From positions 1 through 13,311 of the forward strand of contig JAZDIZ010000132.1 of NCBI GenBank assembly GCA_043804515.1: a stretch of DNA of 13,311 bases. The letters run 5' to 3'. Each line of letters starts with the position of its first letter. Position 1 is the stretch's first letter. A program made the translations under genes and the position numbers. The notes beneath the pieces are model-generated. The model ran no database searches and was not told the origin of the DNA. It saw nothing but the letters and a program-made list of their open reading frames with translations. The DNA is from Pseudomonadota bacterium. GTDB taxonomy: Bacteria; Bdellovibrionota_G; JALEGL01; DATDPG01. Shown piece by piece: positions 1 to 6,724 of this stretch.

Positions 1-603
1 GTGAGCCTGGATCTCTCCGCCTGCCCGTATATCGACATCTGCTCCGACACGCCCAATCTCTCCGGACGCGTCGTCACCGGGCAGACGGATGCCAACGGAA
101 ATCTGACGCTGTCCGTGATCGGCCGGTACGGCGTGGACCCGTTGACGATTCCGCCGGGCGCGTGCGCGAAACTCACGGTGAACGGTGTTGCGTTTCCGGA
201 CCAGATCGTGACGGCGTTGGATCTGGATCGGAGCGGCGACGCCGGGCCGGCGGATCTCGCGTTGTTGACCCAGGATTTGAAGAGTCCCGGCTCGTACAGG
301 ATCCGATCCGACATCAACGGAGACAACGAACTCGCAGAGGCCGACAAGTCGCTGTGGCTGGAATACTTCTTCGACGGCGGATCCGTCTATTCGTGCAGCA
401 CGACGGGGACGTACCTTCCGAGTGCGGATCCTTCCCAGGTCGGGATCGTCGGGCAGCCCGACGCCGGCTCCGTCAACGTGTCGGGCGCCTCCCCGCTCGG
501 CTGCGGGGTTGCGGGCGCCAACGATCTGAGCCTTTTCCTCCTGGGCCTGCTCGGCTTGCTCGCCCTGCGGCGTGGGAGAAGCAGAGTTCCGTGCAGGGTG
601 TAA
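1..603 (+). CDS. 3' part of a secreted/surface protein with two dockerin/EF-hand-like Ca-binding loops and a C-terminal MYXO-CTERM-like sorting signal (probably 5'-truncated by the window)
   Basis: Frame is open from base 1 to TAA at 601-603. It has two DxDxxG...xD loops (DLDRSGDAGPADL, DINGDNELAEADK), a Pro/Gly/Ser linker, then GCG, a hydrophobic stretch (LSLFLLGLLGLLAL) and a basic tail (RRGRSR). Confidence 0.8.
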   Translation: MSLDLSACPYIDICSDTPNLSGRVVTGQTDANGNLTLSVIGRYGVDPLTIPPGACAKLTVNGVAFPDQIVTALDLDRSGDAGPADLALLTQDLKSPGSYRIRSDINGDNELAEADKSLWLEYFFDGGSVYSCSTTGTYLPSADPSQVGIVGQPDAGSVNVSGASPLGCGVAGANDLSLFLLGLLGLLALRRGRSRVPCRV

Positions 604-644
604 CTTTTTTCATACCTAGGGGACCGCCCGCCAAAGTCTGTTTG

Positions 645-657
645 TAACTATATGATA
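645..657 (-). promoter_or_regulatory. Putative IHF binding site
   Basis: Reverse strand reads TATCATATAGTTA, one mismatch from WATCAANNNNTTR. It lies in an AT-rich tract about 35 bp upstream of the sigma54-type -24 element, the usual position. Confidence 0.5.
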
Positions 658-692
658 TTACGGAACTTAATTGCGATTGGCGGCGCAATTTC

Positions 693-708
693 TGGTATGC
701 CTCTTGCT
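693..708 (+). promoter_or_regulatory. Putative sigma54 (RpoN) -24/-12 promoter of propeller gene 1
   Basis: TGGTAT-GCCTC-TTGCT matches TGGCAC-N5-TTGCW with exact GG-N10-GC spacing (GG 694-695, GC 706-707). Confidence 0.7.
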
Positions 709-723
709 TTAGATAGATGAGGA

Positions 724-3143
724 GTGACCCTCGGAGCGACCATTCATGCGCGTTGCGGACGTCGGACTTTGGCCTCGCTGGTCCTCATGTTCGTCGTTTT
801 CCTGGGTTGCCGGGCCGCCGCCCCGATTCTCAACCGAAGAGCGGCGTCTTCGAAGCCGGAATCCCGCAGACGCTCCGCAACCCCAACGCCGAGCCCGCGC
901 CGGTTCCTCCGGTGGCGGGGATCGATCCCGCGCCTCTTCTCAAAGCCTCGCTCGTAAACGTCCAGAGCCTGGGTGCCGGCTCCGGCAAGGCGATCATAGC
1001 GGGTTTGGCCGGCGCCGCGGTCCCGGGAGTCACAGGGATCTGCGCGCAACGGCCCGACGGCTCTCAGGATTGCTCGATCGCCGCCGAGCCCGACGGTTCG
1101 TTCACCGGCCTTCTGGAGAACCTTAAGCCGGGCCAGATCGTAAGCCTGTGGGGGATCGGCCCGGGGTTCGGCCCCGGCGGAAAGGGCATCAACTCCATCG
1201 ACGAACGCGTGCAGTACTGGAGAACGCGTTTCCCGGAGAACGTGCGGGCGTTCGCCCGTGCGCCCGACCGGCTTTGGATCGGTTCCGACGAAGGCCTCTG
1301 GTTCCTCTCGCACGCGGAGTTGAATCAATCCCCCGCTGAATTGTATCCGCGGAAACTGGATATCCGGGACGGTCTGCCCGACACGCAGATCACGTCACTC
1401 ATCTTCGATCCCGCGGGCGATCTGTGGATCGGAACGCCCCGCGGTTTGGTCCGGCTGCGTTTGGATTCCTCGGGCGCACCGAATTTCCGCGTGTTCTCGA
1501 AGGAGGACGGCCTTGCCGACAGCTCCGTTACCAGCCTGGCTCTGGAGCCTTCGGGTCGCCTCTGGGTCGGCACGTCCTCGGGCTTGTATTGCCTGAAAAC
1601 GGACGCCGGCGGTGGAACCGTCCGCATCACCCGGTTGAGTGCCACGACCGATCCCGTGCTCTCCTTGGCGATTCTGGACGCCGACCGGCTCTGGATCGGA
1701 ACCGCCTATCGATTGATCCTGGCGAGCGGGTTGAAGCAGGAATCGTATCGCTTCGAGTTCCATGACTGCGCCAAATCGAACGGTCAACGGATGACTGGCT
1801 TCTCCGCGCTTGCGGTGGACGACTCGGGGGTCGCCTGGAGCCTCACGGGGTTGGGCCTGTGCCGGCTGGCCTTCGATGCCCCCGGAGCGCCCCGGTTCCA
1901 GGTCTTCACCGCCGCCGACGGTCTTTCCGACGCCACCCACCTCCGGACTCTCCTGGCCGACGGTGCGGGCGGTTTATGGGTCGGGACGATGGCCCGGGGG
2001 CTGGATCATCTGACCATCGATCCGGGCGGCGCGCTGTCCGTCAGGAATTATTCCACCACCGACGGTCTCCCGTCGAATAACGTTCGGACCCTGGCTTCGA
2101 TCGACGGCGCGCTCTGGATCGGCACGGCCACCGGAGGCATGAGCCGGTTTCTCCCCGCGTCCGGGAGTTCCTTCACCAACTATTTCATCGCGGACGGCCT
2201 GCCCAGCAACAAGATCACCGCGCTCGTCACCGATGCGGCGCGGAACCTGTGGATCGGCCTGGAGAACGCCGGGATCCGGCGCATGGCCTTCGACGCCGAA
2301 GGGATCGCCCGCTTCACGAATCCCGCCCGGGACGGAGATCTGCCCAGCCCGGCGGTCACCGCGCTGGCGCTGGATGGGGAGGGAACTCTTTGGATCGCGA
2401 CCCGGGCGGGTCTGGCACGTTTCCGGGAAGATCCGGCCGGTGTCGCGCATTTCGCCACCGAATTCCCCACCGAGTCACTCGGCACCGCCGTTCTCCTGAA
2501 CCTGGCCGTGGACCGCGACGGGAGCCTGTGGATCGGGAGCGGTGCCGGCGTGACCCACCGGACCGTCGACGCCGGGGGGAACGTGGAGTTCACGAGCTAC
2601 ACGGTATTCAACGATTTCGAGCTGCCGGACGGATTGACCTTGTCCTTGAGCCCGGACCCGTCGGGAGGCGTATGGATCGGCTCGGACAACGGCCTCACGC
2701 GATTGAAACTGGACCCCGAAGGCCGCGCCTCCTTCTCGTATTACCTGTTCGCGGCGGGCTTTCCGTCTTATGCGCGAAGCATTTACGCCGCGAGCGCCAC
2801 GGAACTCTGGGTCGGCTACTATGACGGCCTCAGCCGGATTCTGTTTGCCGAGGACGGAACTCCGGAGGTTCAAGGCGTCCCGTTGGGTCCGAATCCCCTT
2901 TCGAGACATGCGGTCCGGAACATCCAGCCCGGGGCGCAAGGACAACTCTGGGTGGCCACCACGGACGGTCTCTACGAGGTCCGGGCGGATGCCCAAGGGA
3001 ACGTCGTTTCCGCCCAGTACTCCGCCGCTGCGGGCTTGCCCGGCGACCGTTATTCGTGCGTCGCCCCCTACGGGACCTCGGGACTCTTTCTGGGAACCGA
3101 CAGCGGGTTGGTTCTCTTCCCGGTACCCCCCGAATCGCGCTAG
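724..3143 (+). CDS. Two-component-regulator-propeller (Reg_prop) repeat protein with 14 blades and an N-terminal Cys-containing domain; probable lipoprotein with an apparent 1-nt frameshift near 811-824
   Basis: ORF 717..3143 has 14 LW(I/V)GTxxGL-type blade motifs and recurring DGLP(S/D)xx(I/V)xxL linkers, with no Y_Y_Y, TM or kinase domain. Its first ~30 codons look like out-of-frame sequence, while the GTG724 frame encodes RRTLASLVLMFVVFLG-C (signal plus lipobox). The start is uncertain. Confidence 0.85.
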
Positions 3144-3144
3144 C

Positions 3145-3966
3145 TCACTCCGCCGCCCGCGGGTCCAGTGCGTCCCGCAGCGCGTCGCTCAAGAGATTGA
3201 ACGCCAAAACGAGCAGGAACATGGCCCCGGTGGCACCGGCCAGCTGCCACCAGATCCCGCGGATGAGTTCGTCCTTCGCATCCGAGATCATGATTCCCCA
3301 GCTGGCCTGCCCCTGAACGCCCAAGCCGAGGTAGCTCAGGATGGCTTCCGACTTGATCGCATAGACAAAGCGAAGCGAGAAATCCACGATCACGAGGTGC
3401 GTGGTATTGGGAAGGATGTGGCGGAACAGCAGCCGTGCTTTTCCCGCGCCGAGCGCCCGCGCGGCCGTCACGTAGTCAGAGGATTTGAGCTTCAGGACTT
3501 CGGCGCGGACGATCCGGCAGATCCCCACCCAGGACGTGAGGCCCACGGCCGCATATATCGCCGTCAACCCGCGTCCCATGATGAAGCTGAGCGACGTGAG
3601 AAGCAGGATCTGCGGGACCGAGCTGAACGTGGAATAAAGCCAGACCACGGCGTCATCCAGCCTGCCGCCGAAGAAGCCGGCCGCGGCGCCCAGGACCGCC
3701 CCGATCGGAATCGCGATCAGGGAGGCCGTCAGGCCCACGGAAAACGCGATGCGGGCGCCGTTAAGGACTTTCGCCAGGACGTCGCGTCCCAGAAAGTCGG
3801 TCCCGAGCCAGAACCTGAGCGACGGGGAAGCGTATACCGGCCCAACACTCTGATCCGAACGATCCGGAAGGAGGCCCAGAAGTGTCGCGAGAACGACAGC
3901 CGCGTAGACGCCCACGACGCACAAACTGGCCAGAGCCCACCGGTCTCTCGTCAACCGCCGCATCAT
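3145..3966 (-). CDS. oppC: Peptide/nickel ABC transporter permease (OppC/DppC family)
   Basis: Motifs WLGTDFLGRDVLAKVLNGARI, EAA loop DYVTAARALGAGKARLLFRHILPN, LSYLGLG and C-terminal NLLSDALRDALDPR. The start is placed at ATG 3966, which overlaps the oppB stop as ATGA. Confidence 0.95.
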   Translation of the reverse strand: MMRRLTRDRWALASLCVVGVYAAVVLATLLGLLPDRSDQSVGPVYASPSLRFWLGTDFLGRDVLAKVLNGARIAFSVGLTASLIAIPIGAVLGAAAGFFGGRLDDAVVWLYSTFSSVPQILLLTSLSFIMGRGLTAIYAAVGLTSWVGICRIVRAEVLKLKSSDYVTAARALGAGKARLLFRHILPNTTHLVIVDFSLRFVYAIKSEAILSYLGLGVQGQASWGIMISDAKDELIRGIWWQLAGATGAMFLLVLAFNLLSDALRDALDPRAAE

Positions 3967-4898
3967 GAGAGCGTCACCCTCGGATCGGCCACGGCGCAAA
4001 GGAGATCGGAAAGAAGGTTGAACAGAACGTACAGGACGGAACCCACGAGCGTGACGGCCTTCACGACGGGCCAATCGGCGCTGTTGAACGCGTTAACCGT
4101 CAGGTTTCCCAGCCCCGGAATCCCGAAGAAATTCTCCAGGAGCAACGACCCCGTCAGAAGGAACGGGATCACGATCACGGCCCGCGTGATGACCGGGACC
4201 ATCGCGTTCCTAAGAACGTGCACGAACAGAACGCGGGCGGGTGAAACTCCCTTCGCCCTCGCCGTCCGGACGTAATCTTTCCCGAGTTCCTCCAGAAAAA
4301 CCGTTCGGAAGAACCGGATGTCGCTCCCGACGGATGCGGCCACCCAGATCAGCCACGGAAGCACCAGGTAGGAAAGATTCCCCGGGAACCCCGGCTCGTA
4401 GCCCGAAACGGGAAACCATCCCCAGTGAAACGCCAGGAGGTATTGGCCGAAGAGAATGAACGCCAGAATGTTCACGCTCATTCCGGCGATGCTGGAAACG
4501 ACGATGGTCCGGTCGATCCACCTTCGGCGGAACGCTGCCGCGACCAGGGCCAGCGATACCGCGAGAACCTGGCCCAGGAGAAAGGCCGGAACCGCCAGGG
4601 CCAGTGAAGGCCCCGCTCCATCCCGCAGCATGGTTCCCACGGTCTGATGCGTCTGGAACGAGCGCTCGAACTTCAGCGTCACCGCCTGTCCCAGGAAGCG
4701 GGAAAACTGCTCCCAAAGCGGACGGTCGAAGCCGTACTCATGCCGAAGGAGCGCCACTTGTTCGGGCGTGGCGTTCTTCCCAGCCAGAGAGAGGACCGGA
4801 TCCCCTCCGGCGACGTGAAAGACCAGAAACGTGAGAAGCGCGACGCCCAAAAGCGTCGGGACGGCTTGGATCAAACGTCGGGCGGCGTAGGTTGCCAT
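3963..4898 (-). CDS. oppB: Peptide/nickel ABC transporter permease (OppB/DppB family)
   Basis: Motifs YAARRLIQAVPTLLGV, GDP, YGFDRPLWEQF, EAA loop DYVRTARAKGV..HVLRNA, ENFFGIPGLG and NLLSDLL..ADPRV. ATG at 4898 overlaps the oppA stop (TGATG). Confidence 0.95.
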   Translation of the reverse strand: MATYAARRLIQAVPTLLGVALLTFLVFHVAGGDPVLSLAGKNATPEQVALLRHEYGFDRPLWEQFSRFLGQAVTLKFERSFQTHQTVGTMLRDGAGPSLALAVPAFLLGQVLAVSLALVAAAFRRRWIDRTIVVSSIAGMSVNILAFILFGQYLLAFHWGWFPVSGYEPGFPGNLSYLVLPWLIWVAASVGSDIRFFRTVFLEELGKDYVRTARAKGVSPARVLFVHVLRNAMVPVITRAVIVIPFLLTGSLLLENFFGIPGLGNLTVNAFNSADWPVVKAVTLVGSVLYVLFNLLSDLLCAVADPRVTLS

Positions 4899-6667
4899 CA
4901 AAGTTTCGGAAGCGTCTCCCGCTTTTTATCCGGATCCACATCCAAATATTTAATTTGGGCCGGTGACATCTCGTTCCGTTTGAAATTCTTGAGCCAGGAG
5001 TGGCGGATCGTGTACGCCATCCGGTGGCCCAGGAAAACCCATGGAGTCTCCTGGTGGACCAGGCTCACCATCTTCGTGATCAGCGCGGCTCGTTCGGCGT
5101 TGTTGGGAAGATTCTGCATCTTTTCGAACATCCGATCGTACGCCGCATTCTTGAAGTTCGCCGCATTGGGGCCCGGCGAGACGTTCTGGCCGTAAAGAAG
5201 GCGCAAAAAGTTTTCCGGGTCGGGGTAATCGGCCACCCAGGAATAAAGGACGAACTGGACGTCCCCTTTCGCCTGCCTTTGCTGCAGTTGCGGCCACGTC
5301 GAGACGCGGATCTCCGAGCTGAGGCCGACCTTCTTCAAGTCCGCGGTCACGGCCTCGGCCATCTGGCGTGCGGAAGCGGAGTTCTCGATGTCCTGGACGA
5401 TGGCTGGGATTTTCCCGTTTTTTCCCCGTTTTCGTTCCAGGTCGCGCGCCCTTTCCAGAAATTCCCGCGCTCTTGCCGGATCGTAGCCGTTCGGATCCTT
5501 GAGCTTCGGGTCGTATCCGAAGATGTCGGGGGGGATCGGCCCCCGGGCCGCGATCGCCCGGCCGTTGTAGAACGTCCGGATCAGGCGTTCCCGGTCGATG
5601 GCGCAGCTGATCGCCTTTCTCAAGAACGGATTTTGACCCAGAAGCGGATCGTTCAGGTTGAAAACAAACATGACAAGGTCCGACTGCTTCGAAACGCGCG
5701 ACATGATTCCTTTGGCCGCCATTTCGTCCCGCAGCTTTCCGCCCGGATCGAAAACCGTCTCGAACGCGTCCTTGGGAATCGTGCCCAGATCCAGCTTCCC
5801 CTTGAGAAAGTTCAGCCAGGCCGGCTGCGATTCCACGTAAATCCAAAACGTGACCCGGTCCACGAAGGGGAGCGGGCGGCCGGCCGCCTCCAGGAGACCC
5901 AGGCCTCGATCCCCCGGCTCGCCCTCCGAGGGATACGTTTCGCTCCAGTACTTCGGGTTTTTTTCAAAGACGATCTTTTGGCCGCGGCGCCATTCCTTCA
6001 GGATGAAAGGGCCCGTCCCCACGGGGTGGTTTAAAAACTCCTTGCCGTAGGCCTCCACGATTTCGCGGGGCACGGCCACCGTCGGGGCCATGGCCAGAAT
6101 GAAGGGAAGTCGGCGATAGGGCTTTTTGAGTTTCACGACCAGCGTTTTTTCGTCCGGGGCCGAAAGGCCCGCCACATCGATCTCGCGATACGGGTCCGTC
6201 CCCCGGAAAGCTTTCAACCGCTCCCGGAATTCATCCAGGCCGGTGATCCGGCCTTCAAGAACCCACCATTGGGGGGCCTGATTTTCCGGGTCCGCCAGGC
6301 GCTTGAAGCTGTAGACGAAATCGGAAGCCCGAAGCGGCCTCGGGACACCGCCGAATACTGCGTCGTCGTGAAAGAACGCGCCGTCTCGGATGCGGAACGT
6401 GTACGTCAGGCCGTCGGAGGAGACCGAGGGCATTTTCTCCGCCAGGAGCGGCTCGACGCCGTACGGCCGCGCCAGGTACTTGTACTTCAGAAGCCCCTGA
6501 TAGACCTGCGAGACGGCGATCGACGTGAACGTGTCCCGGGAGTGAATCGGGTCGAACCCTTGGATGTCCGAGCTGAGGGGGTAGGAGATTTCCTTTTGCG
6601 CCGCCGGCCGGCTTTGCGTGCAAGCTGCGAGGAGAAGAACGACGGCCCAGACCTTTGGAAAACGCAC
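4898..6667 (-). CDS. oppA: ABC transporter substrate-binding lipoprotein, SBP family 5 (OppA/DppA/NikA-like)
   Basis: Lipobox LLLAA-C16, then FDP, SSDGLTYTFRIRDG..FHD, ASDFVYSFKRLADP, HPVGTGPFILKEW, LRKAISCAIDR and WVADYPDPENFL. The substrate cannot be determined from sequence. Confidence 0.95.
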   Translation of the reverse strand: MRFPKVWAVVLLLAACTQSRPAAQKEISYPLSSDIQGFDPIHSRDTFTSIAVSQVYQGLLKYKYLARPYGVEPLLAEKMPSVSSDGLTYTFRIRDGAFFHDDAVFGGVPRPLRASDFVYSFKRLADPENQAPQWWVLEGRITGLDEFRERLKAFRGTDPYREIDVAGLSAPDEKTLVVKLKKPYRRLPFILAMAPTVAVPREIVEAYGKEFLNHPVGTGPFILKEWRRGQKIVFEKNPKYWSETYPSEGEPGDRGLGLLEAAGRPLPFVDRVTFWIYVESQPAWLNFLKGKLDLGTIPKDAFETVFDPGGKLRDEMAAKGIMSRVSKQSDLVMFVFNLNDPLLGQNPFLRKAISCAIDRERLIRTFYNGRAIAARGPIPPDIFGYDPKLKDPNGYDPARAREFLERARDLERKRGKNGKIPAIVQDIENSASARQMAEAVTADLKKVGLSSEIRVSTWPQLQQRQAKGDVQFVLYSWVADYPDPENFLRLLYGQNVSPGPNAANFKNAAYDRMFEKMQNLPNNAERAALITKMVSLVHQETPWVFLGHRMAYTIRHSWLKNFKRNEMSPAQIKYLDVDPDKKRETLPKL

Positions 6668-6673
6668 GGACGT

Positions 6674-6703
6674 AGTTTAGAGGCCAAAACCGCGAAAATC
6701 CAA
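6674..6703 (-). promoter_or_regulatory. Putative sigma70-type promoter giving a leaderless oppA transcript
   Basis: Minus strand reads TTGGAT-N18-TAAACT-N6-GTG(6667), with no Shine-Dalgarno before the GTG. Confidence 0.45.
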
Positions 6704-6724
6704 CGTCCTGTGACGATGGCTCTG

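Noticed and set aside
724..3143. Calling the propeller genes hybrid histidine kinases
   Set aside because: Neither paralog has Y_Y_Y, TM, HisKA, HATPase or receiver motifs, and both end after the last blade.
3967..4074. N-terminal extension of oppC in the ORF track
   Set aside because: It lies inside oppB. The ATGA-coupled start at 3966 gives a normal OppC.
2770..4275. 501 aa + strand ORF
   Set aside because: It overlaps propeller gene 1 out of frame and is antisense to oppC/oppB. It is Arg/Pro-rich with no motifs, typical of a GC-rich shadow ORF.
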